Numbered from the stretch's first letter, positions 9,368 to 19,436 are shown. The stretch is DNA of 64,000 nt from Candidatus Nanoarchaeia archaeon (GCA_028279745.1 JANQNC010000001.1:914154-978153), one strand, 5' to 3'. The notes: generated from the sequence alone by a model not told the origin. Made by a program: numbers and translations.

Positions 9368-11171
9368 GAAGTTCCATAACTTTCTTACCGTCAGCTTTAC
9401 CTTTAAACTTAGCCATAGCCTTACCTATCAATGCATTGAAAGGAAGCCCTTTGTTTTCTTTAACTATTGTTTTAAGTTCTTTTTCTAGTTCTTCGTCAGA
9501 GATTAGCGCATACTTTTCTGGATTGATGCCTTCACCTTTACAGATGTCTAGTAGGATATCATTTACTGAATTCTTAGCAACCTTGCCTTGATCTAGCAAG
9601 GAGAACAGTTCTTTGAAGTTTTCATCTGTGATCTTATCTGTGTCAACTTTTTCTTTTCTTGCCAACTCTTTCAGTGTTGGAATTAATGTTTCAGCAATAA
9701 AAGAAGGTTTGATGTTATTGAACTCTTTTACGCATTGATCAAACAAGTCTTTCTTTTCAGATTTTGAGATAAGGTTAGCTAGATCTTTACCAAGACCCAT
9801 CTTTGTGTATCTTTCTGATACGTCTGTAATAAGCTCAGGAAGCTTGATGTTCTTTATCTCTTCGTCAGATATGTGAGTTATAGGGACATCGGTCTCAGGA
9901 TACATCCTTGCTGCACCAGGCATAGGTCTGATAAATACAGAAGTGCCGTCTGGTTGAGCATCTCTAACTTCTTCAGGGACTCCTTTGAAGAACTGATTGA
10001 TTCTTGGTATGATGAGTTCTTTTAATAATGCAATAGCTTTTTCTTTATCTCCTAATAACATAAACCAAGCATCATTATCTTTAAGCTTAAGCTGTTTTTC
10101 AACATTCTTTATCTCTTCCTCGCTAAACTTGTATTTTTTTAGGTCTTCATCAGAGTGGATTATTCCACCAAAGCCCCTAGTCTTAGCATAACCTGCTAAC
10201 TCACTGCCAACCCTAAAACCAGTTGTTAGTTCCATGCCTAGGATACCTTTGAATTTGTCAATCTTGATTGCAGTTAAAGAGTTTTTCTTCTTTAGACCTG
10301 CATTAACAAACTTGCATTCTGTGTTTTTGAAAATTTCAGAAACGTCTATTATTGACTTTTCATAATCTGCTTCTTTAACACCAACCAAATTTTCTTCCAA
10401 CCTTATCAAGTTAATCTGTCTTTTAGCTTCATTCTCAATAAGAAGTGGAACAATCTTGATATCTTGAGCACCCTTAATCTCAATTCGAGAGCCACCTGTT
10501 ACTGAAATGTTTAGGTCTTGTCTAATTGTGCCTAATCCTCGCTTAGCTTTTCCTGTACTTCTGAAAATCATGCCGATCTTTTCAGCAACCTCTTTAGCTT
10601 GTTCGGGAGTCTTGATGTCAGGACCGGTTGCAACTTCTATCAAAGGAATTCCAAGTCGGTCAAGCCTGTAAACTGTGTAATCTTGTTCTTTTCCAATAAT
10701 CTTAGCAGCATCTTCCTCTAAAAAAACACCTTCAATTGAGATTCCATCTAGATCTCCATTAGTGGCAACAAAAGAAGTTCTTTGGAATCCTGAAGTATTA
10801 GAACCATTAACAACAGTCTTACGCATGAAATGAATGTCGTTGAATATCTTACATTTGAGCATCTTAGCAAATTGGATTGTGGTGATTAAAGCATCTCTGT
10901 TAACTTTATGAGGGGGTTCTTCATCAAGTTCAACAAGACAAGTTGTATCTGAGTAAGCTTCGTACAGAAAGTGCTGTTTCTTTAGCTGTTCAAGCTGTGC
11001 AGCAATATCAACTTTTCCACCCTCTCCTGCAGAAGCCCTAAGATAACGTTTTAGTTTAATATCCGGTTCATCTTCCCTCATCAAAGTAGGACAGTCACAG
11101 AATAACTTTTTACCTTCTAGCTGTTGGTGAATTTCTAATCCAACTTTTAGGCCTATTTTTTCGTAATCCAT
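9348..11171 (-). CDS. gatE: Glutamyl-tRNA(Gln) amidotransferase subunit E (archaeal)
   Basis: N-terminus MDYEKIGLKVGLEIHQQL and overall GatE/GatB-like domain order, ~600 aa, archaea-specific. Confidence 0.9.
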   Translation of the reverse strand: MDYEKIGLKVGLEIHQQLEGKKLFCDCPTLMREDEPDIKLKRYLRASAGEGGKVDIAAQLEQLKKQHFLYEAYSDTTCLVELDEEPPHKVNRDALITTIQFAKMLKCKIFNDIHFMRKTVVNGSNTSGFQRTSFVATNGDLDGISIEGVFLEEDAAKIIGKEQDYTVYRLDRLGIPLIEVATGPDIKTPEQAKEVAEKIGMIFRSTGKAKRGLGTIRQDLNISVTGGSRIEIKGAQDIKIVPLLIENEAKRQINLIRLEENLVGVKEADYEKSIIDVSEIFKNTECKFVNAGLKKKNSLTAIKIDKFKGILGMELTTGFRVGSELAGYAKTRGFGGIIHSDEDLKKYKFSEEEIKNVEKQLKLKDNDAWFMLLGDKEKAIALLKELIIPRINQFFKGVPEEVRDAQPDGTSVFIRPMPGAARMYPETDVPITHISDEEIKNIKLPELITDVSERYTKMGLGKDLANLISKSEKKDLFDQCVKEFNNIKPSFIAETLIPTLKELARKEKVDTDKITDENFKELFSLLDQGKVAKNSVNDILLDICKGEGINPEKYALISDEELEKELKTIVKENKGLPFNALIGKAMAKFKGKADGKKVMELLKRLSA

Positions 11172-11256
11172 GTGTTCAAAGATAGCTTGTGTGGTTTATA
11201 TAGTTTACCAAAAGTTTTATTAAAAAGCAGGTTTTTGTGAGGTTAAAGGTTTTAAA

Positions 11257-11865
11257 ATGAAAGTGTCAAAGATTATTAAATACTCTTTAGATCAGTTACT
11301 TCCAAAAGCTGGTTTGAGACTAAGATTAGATTATATATATTCTTATGTTGCTGGAGAGTCGGTTAACTCCTCAAATTTATCAGGCTCTGTTGTAATTATT
11401 AAAGATACAAAGAGTGTTAAACTTTTAGCAGGATTGGACAAGTCAAGTGGCGCGAACAAAATAAGAAAAAGATTCAGAGAGTTTAAGGAACGTATAGCTA
11501 TAGGAAATATGATGTATGCTGTGAAGGCCGAATCAACTCTTGCTGGTTATTATTGGGTCTCAAGAGACAGGGAGACAGTTCCTAAAGAGATTATAACTTC
11601 TCAGATCCCAGAAAGTTTTATTTATACTTATGACGCGTTTATAGATCCTCAGTTTAGGAGAAGAGGTTTGTTTGATAATCTAGTTTCAATAATTAAGAAT
11701 GACCATGTAGATGGTATTAGAGGACTTGCGTGTTTTATATCCGTTTTTAATAAAAGGTCCCAGCGAGCTCATGAGAAACTGGATTTTAGAAAGCGATATC
11801 TGATTTTGACTTTTAAATTATTCAATAGGTTCAACTTTGTTAAAAGATTAAAATGTTTTCAGTAG
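11257..11865 (+). CDS. Hypothetical protein, possible acyltransferase-like
   Basis: ORF only; weak acetyltransferase-like segment FIDPQFRRRGLFDNLV. Confidence 0.35.
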   Translation: MKVSKIIKYSLDQLLPKAGLRLRLDYIYSYVAGESVNSSNLSGSVVIIKDTKSVKLLAGLDKSSGANKIRKRFREFKERIAIGNMMYAVKAESTLAGYYWVSRDRETVPKEIITSQIPESFIYTYDAFIDPQFRRRGLFDNLVSIIKNDHVDGIRGLACFISVFNKRSQRAHEKLDFRKRYLILTFKLFNRFNFVKRLKCFQ

Positions 11866-12926
11866 AAGAAATAACTAGTAGAGAAGAGTTTGAAAAACTC
11901 AGTAATTCTTGGAACATTTTGCTTGCGAAGGGTGAATTTGATGAGATTTTTTTGACTTACTCATGGGTTAAATCTTGGTTAGACTCGTTTTGGAAAAACA
12001 AGGAATTGTTTTTTATAGTTGTTAAAGAGGGTGATAAAATTGCAGGTATAGCGCCTCTGATTATTGTCGAGGAAAAATTTTTTGGAATTAAAAAAAGAGT
12101 TTTGAAATTTACGGGTTTGAATGATTCGGACTATAATGATTTTATAGTTGCTGGAGATAGGCAGAAAGTGATCTCTAAGATCTTTGATTATATTCTAGTA
12201 AACAAAAAGAGGTTTGATTTGGTAGACTTGGTCCAAATACCTGAAAATTCGTCTACTTTGAAAATATTTCAAGAATATTTTGGGGAGAAAAATGTCAGGG
12301 CGCAAATCAGGGTGAAAACTGTCTGCCCCGCCCATGTTGTTAATAAGGACTCAGACTCTACTTTTAATAAGAAGAGTATAAGGCGGGCAAATAATGCTTT
12401 GTCCAAAGTGGGCAAAGTCACATTTGAGAATATTGCAGATGCGCATGAAGTTGTTAAAAAGTTACCTTCTCTTTTTGAACAACATATTAAGAGGAGAAAT
12501 CTGCTGGTTGATAAAAGTCTGTTCTTGAAGAAAGAGTCAAGAGGTTTTTACGAAAAGTTAACCTGGTCTTTACCATCTGGTCAGGTTTTATTTTCGGTTT
12601 TGAGATTAAATGATGTCCCGATAGCATACCATTATGGTTTTGTGTACAATAAAAAGTTGATTTGGTACAAGCCTTCTTTTGATATGGAATATTATAAGTA
12701 TTCCCCGGGGATGATTCTTGTTAAAAATCTTTACCAGTATGTTAAAAAAAATAGTTTGAATGAGCTTGATTTTACTGTGGGTGGTGAGGAGTTTAAGAAA
12801 AGATTTGCGAATAAGTACCGAAAGAATATGCGGATTGTTGTTTATAACGATTGGGGATTATATATTTTTGAATGTTACTTTAAGAATTTGGCCAAATTTA
12901 TATTAAAGTTTTTTTCTAAGAAATGA
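11853..12926 (+). CDS. FemAB/CelD-like GNAT acyltransferase (BioF2-like acetyltransferase domain)
   Basis: ~355 aa, N-terminal region and size typical of Acetyltransf_6/FemAB-like proteins; overlaps upstream ORF. Confidence 0.5.
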   Translation: MFSVEEITSREEFEKLSNSWNILLAKGEFDEIFLTYSWVKSWLDSFWKNKELFFIVVKEGDKIAGIAPLIIVEEKFFGIKKRVLKFTGLNDSDYNDFIVAGDRQKVISKIFDYILVNKKRFDLVDLVQIPENSSTLKIFQEYFGEKNVRAQIRVKTVCPAHVVNKDSDSTFNKKSIRRANNALSKVGKVTFENIADAHEVVKKLPSLFEQHIKRRNLLVDKSLFLKKESRGFYEKLTWSLPSGQVLFSVLRLNDVPIAYHYGFVYNKKLIWYKPSFDMEYYKYSPGMILVKNLYQYVKKNSLNELDFTVGGEEFKKRFANKYRKNMRIVVYNDWGLYIFECYFKNLAKFILKFFSKK

Positions 12927-13679
12927 CTAGTATGAGTTTAACTTCATATACGTATTACAATTAGAGTTTCTACTTAGTCTTAAGAATAATCTGCTCGATA
13001 GATAGCTTCCAGAGTATCTTGGAATTTTTAAATAACTTTTGCAATGTTTAAATGATCTTCCTCGGATCGTAAATGCATACTTGAATCCTGCCTTTTTTAC
13101 TATGTCAGCGAATTTTTTGTTAACTTTTCCTTGGGGGTAGCAAAATGATTCGCATTTTTTGTTTGTAATTTTTTCAATTATTTTAGTTGATTTAAGTAGG
13201 TCTTTGAGAGTTTCTTCTTTACTTTTATTTAAGAAGTCGCTGTGAGTGTGAGTGTGAGAACCAATAGTGATTAGTTTGTTTTTTGATAGTTTAATTAAAG
13301 ATTCTTTTGATATGACTTCTTTTTCTCTATTTTTATTTTTTGAAATGTCATCTTCAAGCTTTTTCCCTAAATACTTGGTAGGGACAAAGAGAATACAAGG
13401 GATTTTGAATTTGTTTAATATGGGAACAACTTCTGTTTTAAATGAAGCATAAGCATCGTCAAAAGTTAAAAGGATTCTTTTATGCTTTTTTAGTTCTTTA
13501 ACTTTTGAAGTAAAAATGTAGCCTTTTTTTAGATAGTATTTGAGTTGATATTCAAAGAATTCAGGCTTTAGTTTACTTTTTTTGCTTATGTCGTGATACA
13601 TTAGTGCAAAGGAGTCAGAATCGTTTTTACCAAAGAGGATCAATAATTTTATAAGAAGTTTTTTTAATAATTTTTTCAT
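12927..13679 (-). CDS. Polysaccharide deacetylase (NodB homology domain)
   Basis: LTFDDAY and GSHTHTH motifs of NodB-type deacetylases; N-terminal signal/TM. Confidence 0.8.
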   Translation of the reverse strand: MKKLLKKLLIKLLILFGKNDSDSFALMYHDISKKSKLKPEFFEYQLKYYLKKGYIFTSKVKELKKHKRILLTFDDAYASFKTEVVPILNKFKIPCILFVPTKYLGKKLEDDISKNKNREKEVISKESLIKLSKNKLITIGSHTHTHSDFLNKSKEETLKDLLKSTKIIEKITNKKCESFCYPQGKVNKKFADIVKKAGFKYAFTIRGRSFKHCKSYLKIPRYSGSYLSSRLFLRLSRNSNCNTYMKLNSY

Positions 13680-13743
13680 TTTATGGGGTGGGGGAGAGTT
13701 TTAATTTAAATCTTGCTAATTTATTTATTAACCCTGTGCGGGG

Positions 13744-15024
13744 TTAAAGATAAGAATTAATATCTGTGCAGTTTGCGAGTTCCCCTCTAAGGTTTTTAGT
13801 GATGAGTTCTTTTACTTCTTCTGGTTTGTAGTTTCCTAAAAGCCAAGCAAGCTTAATGAATGCAGTTTCAGGAAGCATATCCTCTCCAGGGATTACACCC
13901 AGTTCTTGCAGATCTCTACCTTTAGAATAAACATCCATATCAACTCTGCCAAAAGTGCAAGTTGTGGTCATTACGATTATGCATCCATTGTCTGTAAGTT
14001 TTTTAATCTCATCTTTGATCTTATCATGAACTTTAGTACAATCATCCAAAACATCTAAAGGTGTGTGACCAAGGCCCGTACCTTCTATTACAAGACCTTT
14101 GTAGTTCTTGTAAGCTGCAAACTCTTCAGGCTGCATGTTGACATGGATTTTTAGTAATCCAACTTTCTCTTCAAACTCTGTCTTGGTCTTTATCGATTTG
14201 CCTTCACACTTACCTTCTTGTAGAAACTTAACTTCTCTAGTGTCATAGTCAACTCTTGCAATTGGAGTTACGTTAACTGGTTTGAAAGCATCCCTTCTAG
14301 AGCTGTGTAACTTTTTAGTCTTAGCTGCAGGCAGTATGACACATGAATTATCATCTGTGTTTTCATGCATACATAAAGCAACACCTTTGAACTTAGTTTT
14401 TGTAATGAACTCGGCAGCGCAAATCAAGTTAGATGCGGCATCGCTGCTTCCTCTATCAGAGCTTCTTTGTGCGCCGACGAAAATGATTGGGATGTTTACT
14501 TCTTCGAATACAAATGATAGCGCTGCAGAAGCAACAGCCAAATTATCAGTACCCATCCCGATAATGATTCCTTTAACGTCTTTTTTTGCTTCAGACTCTA
14601 TCGCTTTAGCGATCTTTTCAAAATGGCAGAACCTTAAGTCATCAGACCACATATTACTGATAAGTTTGGAATCAAAATTAGCAATATCTCTTAGCTCAGG
14701 AAACATTTCTAATAGGTCTTCTGGTTCAAACTTTGAAACTACTCCACCTGTTCTGTAATCTACTTTAGATGCAATGGTCCCTCCTGTGTGTAAAATTGTA
14801 ATGTTTGGAAGTTTAGAGTTCTTTTGAATAAGTGTTTTTTTTGTTTTAGTGTCTTCTGCTTCTTTTGTAACTTCTATTTTCTTTACGTCGTCCTTATTTA
14901 TGCTGACGTTATAGCCTGACTTAAGCTTAAGAACTACTGTGTTATTTTGTTCAGGCATCAGAATACCCTTAAAACTATCATCTTTTGTCTCAATAACAAC
15001 TTCATCTCCGGGTTTTCCAGTCAT
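13744..15024 (-). CDS. gatD: Glutamyl-tRNA(Gln) amidotransferase subunit D (archaeal, asparaginase-like)
   Basis: N-terminal GatD-specific domain plus L-asparaginase motif HTGGTIAS; ~425 aa. Confidence 0.9.
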   Translation of the reverse strand: MTGKPGDEVVIETKDDSFKGILMPEQNNTVVLKLKSGYNVSINKDDVKKIEVTKEAEDTKTKKTLIQKNSKLPNITILHTGGTIASKVDYRTGGVVSKFEPEDLLEMFPELRDIANFDSKLISNMWSDDLRFCHFEKIAKAIESEAKKDVKGIIIGMGTDNLAVASAALSFVFEEVNIPIIFVGAQRSSDRGSSDAASNLICAAEFITKTKFKGVALCMHENTDDNSCVILPAAKTKKLHSSRRDAFKPVNVTPIARVDYDTREVKFLQEGKCEGKSIKTKTEFEEKVGLLKIHVNMQPEEFAAYKNYKGLVIEGTGLGHTPLDVLDDCTKVHDKIKDEIKKLTDNGCIIVMTTTCTFGRVDMDVYSKGRDLQELGVIPGEDMLPETAFIKLAWLLGNYKPEEVKELITKNLRGELANCTDINSYL

Positions 15025-15062
15025 AACGGGATATTTGAGGTTTTCTTATATAAATCTGTTGC

Positions 15063-15794
15063 TCATAAACCAGTGGGAGAATCAATAAAGACACAAGGAA
15101 TATTATACTTTTCTTGCACATACTTCATCAAAGCTTTAGGCCCAACAGTTTCTGTTTTGTAATGGCCAGAGGCAATCAAGTTAAGTTTTCCTTCCTCACC
15201 TAACCTGTTATTATCATGTTTAATCTCGCCCGTCAAGAAACAATCAGTTTTGCCAATGAATGAAGGAATCCTAGAATCACCTCTCCCACTCACGATACTT
15301 ACAGTTTTTATCTTATCTTTTCCACATTTCCATAATGTAGATTTGGTCTTTAACTTTTTGTTTATGGAATTCACGAAAGATCTAACTTTTATTGGTTTAG
15401 GAAAATGTCCTACAGTAATGTGATTAGTGTGAGAAACTTTACTGATCCCAAGTATCCTATACAGCTCAGCATTATTCCCTACAACAGGATGTCTATCTAA
15501 AGGAAGATGCACACCATATAGACTGATCTTGTTTTTCTTTAGGTAGTTTACTCTTCTGTTGAAGATGGTGTCTTTTTCCATACCCTCCCACAGTAGACCA
15601 TGGTGGACTATAACTAAATCACATCCTTTCTTTTTTGCTTTTTGAAAAACATCAATACATGCGTCAACCGCAAACCCTATTTTTGTAACTTTATCTTTGG
15701 ATTTTATCTGCAAACCATTTTTAGAAGCGTCTTCAATCTCTTTAACCTTTAGAAATTTATTCAATTGTTTTGAAAGTTCAGTTGTTTTCATCAT
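15063..15794 (-). CDS. NIF3-family dinuclear-metal-centre protein (GTP cyclohydrolase 1 type 2 homolog)
   Basis: Characteristic NIF3/DUF34 organisation; the sequence contains both LVIVHHG and GVHLPLDRHP. Confidence 0.8.
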   Translation of the reverse strand: MMKTTELSKQLNKFLKVKEIEDASKNGLQIKSKDKVTKIGFAVDACIDVFQKAKKKGCDLVIVHHGLLWEGMEKDTIFNRRVNYLKKNKISLYGVHLPLDRHPVVGNNAELYRILGISKVSHTNHITVGHFPKPIKVRSFVNSINKKLKTKSTLWKCGKDKIKTVSIVSGRGDSRIPSFIGKTDCFLTGEIKHDNNRLGEEGKLNLIASGHYKTETVGPKALMKYVQEKYNIPCVFIDSPTGL

Positions 15795-16095
15795 GGTTGC
15801 TAAATTCTAGAGTGAAATTATGATCTATATACTTTCTATTAACTGTTCTAACCTGATTTTTAATTGTTTCCTTTTTCTTACTTGTTATGTCAGACATTAT
15901 AACACTTGTAACCAACCATTGGTAGGTGAAGTAGTTTTCTTCCAAGTTTTCTTGAACCTTGTTTTGAATCAAAGAATAACCAAGTTTAGAAGTAAAATCA
16001 TACATCTTGTCTGGCTTGCCAAAGATATCTCTGAGCCGCTTATTACTCTTGGTTCTTACACCTCTTAGAAAGTAGCTTAGATCTTTAACATGCAC
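15778..16095 (-). CDS. Hypothetical protein
   Basis: ORF only, 17-nt overlap with NIF3 start. Confidence 0.3.
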   Translation of the reverse strand: MHVKDLSYFLRGVRTKSNKRLRDIFGKPDKMYDFTSKLGYSLIQNKVQENLEENYFTYQWLVTSVIMSDITSKKKETIKNQVRTVNRKYIDHNFTLEFSNHDENN

Positions 16096-16101
16096 TTTAA
16101 C

Positions 16102-18381
16102 TTACCCCATGTAAGAAGGTCTGTCTTCCTTCATCTCTTCACCACGAGCCTTACGGAAGTGTTCACCTAATTCATTGTAAGCTTTCTCAATATCTTTAGT
16201 AACAGAAGGTTTAACCTTCTTCAAAGCATCATTAAAATGCTTCATAGAAATCTCTTTGCTTTTGATATCTTCTCTCAGTGCAGACATAGCTGCTTCTCTA
16301 CAAACTGCTTCAATATCAGCACCGACAAAACCTTCAGCCTGCTTAGCCAAATCAATAGGCTTAATATCTTTCAAAGGCATATTTGCAGTATGAACTGTGA
16401 AAATTGCTTCTCTGGTCTTAATATCTGGAACAGGAGCAAGAATGATCCTGTCAAATCTTCCAGGTCTTAACAATGCAGTATCTAAAATATCTGGTCTATT
16501 AGTAGAGGCAATAACAATCACGTCATTCATCTCCTCCAAACCATCCATCTCAGTCAAAATTTGGTTGACAACACGTTCAGTAACATGACTGTCTTGAGAA
16601 AGACCTCTTCTTGGAGCGATTGAATCTATTTCGTCAAAGAAAACGATTGTTGGAGAGGTTTGTCTAGCTTTTTCAAACACTTTTCTAACAGCTTTTTCAG
16701 ATTCACCGACCCATTTACTTAACATCTCAGGACCTTTAACTAAAATAAAGTTAGCATTTGTCTCGTTAGCAACAGCTTTTGCCAACAAAGTCTTACCAGT
16801 GCCTGGTGCGCCGTAGATAAGAACGCCTCTTGGAGGTCTAACACCCATCCTCTTGAATGCTTCAGGAGATTTTAGAGGCCAGTCAACAGCTTCCTTAAGC
16901 TCCTGCTTTAACTCTTCTAATCCGCCAACATCAGACCATTTTACACTAGGAACTTCAACTAAGAACTCTCGCATAGCACTTGGCCTAACAACTTTTAGCG
17001 CGTTTTTGAAATCTTTAGCCATGATAACAAGTTTTTCTAGCAATTCTTTTGAGATTGTAGTTTCATCATCTAACTTGATATCTGGAAGTATTCTTCTGAT
17101 GACAGACATAGCAGCTTCTTTAGTTAAAGCTTCTAAATCAGCACCAACAAAACCATAAGTGATGTTAGCAATACTCTCTAAGTTAACTTTTTTACTTAAA
17201 GGCATGTTTCTGGTATGGATCTTAAGAACATTTAGTCTTCCTTGTCTGTCAGGAACACCGATCTCTAACTCTCTATCAAATCTCCCAGGTCTTCTCAACG
17301 CAGGATCTAACGAGTTAGGCATGTTAGTTGCAGCAATAACGACAACTTTGCCTCTACTTTTCAGGCCATCCATCAAAGCTAATAGTTGAGCAACAACTCT
17401 CTTCTCAACTTCACCCTTAGTCTCTTCTCTTTTGGATGCAATTGCATCAAGTTCGTCAATGAAAATGATCGATGGAGAATTTTTCTCAGCATCCTCAAAA
17501 ATCTTTCTGATATTCTCTTCAGACTGTCCGTAATATTTTGACATGATTTCAGGACCATTGATAACTGTAAAGTTTGCATGTGTCTCATTTGCAACAGCTT
17601 TTGCCAAAAGAGTCTTTCCTGTTCCTGGCGGGCCTGAAAGAAGAACTCCTTTTGGAGGCTCAACACCAAGTCTTTCAAAAATCTCAGGATGTTTAAGAGG
17701 TAACTCAACCATCTCTCTAACCATCTTGATCTCGTTATCTAAGCCACCAATGTCTTCGTAAGATGTATCAGGGACTGTTTCTTCAGCAACCTCGACAGCT
17801 TCGGGTTTGTAATCAATTTCAGTAGATTCAGTAACTATGATCGGACCTTTAGCATCAGTGTTGATTATAATGAATTTTAGTTCTCCAAAGACACCAAATC
17901 CTGAATTTCCATTTTCATCAAATACATTAAAAATATCATCAAAGAAAGGACTGCCACTCATACTTGTCTTTCTTGAGCCAGCACCACCTAAACTAACTAA
18001 GTCACCTTTAACAACTGCTCGCCCTAAAAGGCCTCTTTTGAAAAAAATTGGTGAAGCTTTGATCATAACATCTTTTCTAGCAGGAGCAATTGTAACTTTC
18101 TTAGCTTCTTTGACTTCAGATTTTTTTACATGTACAGTTTCACTGATAGAAGTGTTAGCGTTTCTTCTCGTAATACCGTCCATACGGATAATGTTTAAAC
18201 CCATATCTCCAGGATAAGCTCTGTCAACAATTGCAACAGTTACTCTTTCACCTTTGATCTCAACAATGTCTCCAGGTCTTACTCCTATCTGTTGCATAAA
18301 ATTAGTGTCAATTCTAATGATGCCTTTATTTACATCATCTTGGACTGCTTCCGCAACCTTTAATTCCACTTCTTTTGGCAT
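16102..18381 (-). CDS. cdc48: CDC48/VCP-like AAA+ ATPase (two AAA domains)
   Basis: N-domain, two Walker A motifs GPPGTGKT and GAPGTGKT, two second-region-of-homology motifs; 759 aa. Confidence 0.95.
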   Translation of the reverse strand: MPKEVELKVAEAVQDDVNKGIIRIDTNFMQQIGVRPGDIVEIKGERVTVAIVDRAYPGDMGLNIIRMDGITRRNANTSISETVHVKKSEVKEAKKVTIAPARKDVMIKASPIFFKRGLLGRAVVKGDLVSLGGAGSRKTSMSGSPFFDDIFNVFDENGNSGFGVFGELKFIIINTDAKGPIIVTESTEIDYKPEAVEVAEETVPDTSYEDIGGLDNEIKMVREMVELPLKHPEIFERLGVEPPKGVLLSGPPGTGKTLLAKAVANETHANFTVINGPEIMSKYYGQSEENIRKIFEDAEKNSPSIIFIDELDAIASKREETKGEVEKRVVAQLLALMDGLKSRGKVVVIAATNMPNSLDPALRRPGRFDRELEIGVPDRQGRLNVLKIHTRNMPLSKKVNLESIANITYGFVGADLEALTKEAAMSVIRRILPDIKLDDETTISKELLEKLVIMAKDFKNALKVVRPSAMREFLVEVPSVKWSDVGGLEELKQELKEAVDWPLKSPEAFKRMGVRPPRGVLIYGAPGTGKTLLAKAVANETNANFILVKGPEMLSKWVGESEKAVRKVFEKARQTSPTIVFFDEIDSIAPRRGLSQDSHVTERVVNQILTEMDGLEEMNDVIVIASTNRPDILDTALLRPGRFDRIILAPVPDIKTREAIFTVHTANMPLKDIKPIDLAKQAEGFVGADIEAVCREAAMSALREDIKSKEISMKHFNDALKKVKPSVTKDIEKAYNELGEHFRKARGEEMKEDRPSYMG

Positions 18382-18458
18382 GGTTCACGTGTTTAATGGA
18401 TGCTATATAAAGGTTTTTATGGGTTTAAAAGGGAGAATTTAATGTTTTTAGAAGTGAA

Positions 18459-18503
18459 GCGAGCGCCCGGACGTTAAATAAGGGTTCCACCCTTATCAAC
18501 CTG
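18459..18503 (-). repeat. Partial duplicate of tRNA-Cys 3' end (14-16 nt) preceded by 26-nt hairpin direct repeat copy B
   Basis: + strand aagcgagcgcccggac (18457-18472) identical to 18552-18567; ataagggttccacccttatcaacctg (18478-18503) matches 18625-18650 with 1 mismatch. Confidence 0.8.
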
Positions 18504-18552
18504 GATTGTGGTACTTCACTTTGTTCAGTACCACGCAGACTTTTAGAAACAA

Positions 18553-18624
18553 AGCGAGCGCCCGGACTTGAACCGGGGATCAGAGGGTTGCAGCCTCTTG
18601 CCTTAGCCGCTTGGCCACGCCCGC
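18553..18624 (-). tRNA. tRNA-Cys (anticodon GCA), intronless
   Basis: Manual fold of reverse complement: GCGGGCG-TG-GCC-AAGCGGCTAA-GGC-A-AGAGG-CTGCAAC-CCTCT-GATCC-CCGGG-TTCAAGT-CCCGG-CGCTCGC-T; U73 discriminator typical of tRNA-Cys. Confidence 0.85.
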
Positions 18625-18650
18625 ATAAGGGTTACACCCTTATCAACCTG
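18625..18650 (-). repeat. 26-nt hairpin direct repeat copy A immediately 5' of tRNA-Cys
   Basis: minus strand CAGGTTGATAAGGGTGTAACCCTTAT; stem ATAAGGG/CCCTTAT. Confidence 0.8.
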
Positions 18651-18728
18651 TAAGGGGTTTCGCTACGCTCAAGCCCCTGGGTACTGTTGGACTTGATGTG
18701 CTGTAGCACTTCAGTTGTGAAAATAAAA

Positions 18729-18869
18729 CGGACCTGGAGGGACTTTCGATGCATAAGCATATTCGAACCCTCGGTCTACAGCTCTCTGCGACGCCAGGCG
18801 CTGAGCCAGCGAATCTATGATTCTAGCGTGTAGAAGGCTGTCGCCCTATCCAGACTAGGCTACAGGTCC
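18729..18869 (-). tRNA. tRNA-Arg (anticodon TCT) with two introns (anticodon loop 47 nt; T-loop 59/60 19 nt)
   Basis: Manual fold of reverse complement: GGACCTG-TA-GCCT-AGTCTGGATA-GGGC-G-ACAGC-CTTCTA^[47 nt]^A-GCTGT-AGACC-GAGGG-TTCGAA^[19 nt]^T-CCCTC-CAGGTCC-G. Confidence 0.65.
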
Positions 18870-18967
18870 ATTGTAAATTGCAGAATCAGGACATTGTTTA
18901 TAAAAGTTATGTACTTTTACCTATATAAAGAAAAGGTCAGAGGGAGCTGACCTTTTCTAACTAGCAA

Positions 18968-19234
18968 ATGATGCATCATTTGCTAGTAAACGAAAGACAT
19001 AAAAAAGCAGGAGTTCAAAAAGGAAGTATGGAAACAATCACAGGTATTGAAGGAAAAAAGAATGTGTGGATCATATTTGTGCTAGTCGCAGTAATAGTTT
19101 TCTTTGCAAACTTAGGACTAAGATATATGTTTGAGAGAGAGGTTGATGTATTTTATTCAATACTTGTAACGATGCTTATAATGTTGGCTTACTTTTTACT
19201 TACCTTGTTTTTGAACATAAGAAAAGCATCTTAA
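18968..19234 (+). CDS. Hypothetical small membrane protein
   Basis: ORF with two hydrophobic segments; true start may be internal (METITG). Confidence 0.3.
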   Translation: MMHHLLVNERHKKAGVQKGSMETITGIEGKKNVWIIFVLVAVIVFFANLGLRYMFEREVDVFYSILVTMLIMLAYFLLTLFLNIRKAS

Positions 19235-19277
19235 GCACATAAAACTATATAAATAGAAACACCATACACTAACTAAA

Positions 19278-19436
19278 ATGGCTGAAGACATAAACGAAAT
19301 CTGCAAGGACTGTGTGAAGTTCGAAAAATTTGGCAAAAAGTGCCACGTGCACTGGGAAGACAAGAAAGTTTGCACTGTGAAAGCAAAGAACGAAGAAGAA
19401 TGGCAAGAACAAGCAAGGATGCTGAACACAAGATAA
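19278..19436 (+). CDS. Small Cys-containing protein (52 aa, possible zinc-binding), not in supplied ORF track
   Basis: ATG at 19278, stop 19434-19436; MAEDINEICKDCVKFEKFGKKCHVHWEDKKVCTVKAKNEEEWQEQARMLNTR; overlapping minus-strand ORFs look like antisense artefacts. Confidence 0.4.
   Translation: MAEDINEICKDCVKFEKFGKKCHVHWEDKKVCTVKAKNEEEWQEQARMLNTR

Noticed and set aside
16237-18442. Numerous plus-strand ORFs (16237-16470, 16853-17158, 17159-17389, 17837-18217, etc.) within the CDC48 locus
   Set aside because: All are antisense to the conserved 759-aa CDC48 gene and have Ser/Leu-rich low-complexity translations.
18457-18650. Possibility of a full integrated mobile element at tRNA-Cys
   Set aside because: Only ~80 bp separate the duplicated 3'-end copies and no integrase or cargo genes lie between them. 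Recorded instead as a scar/processing element.
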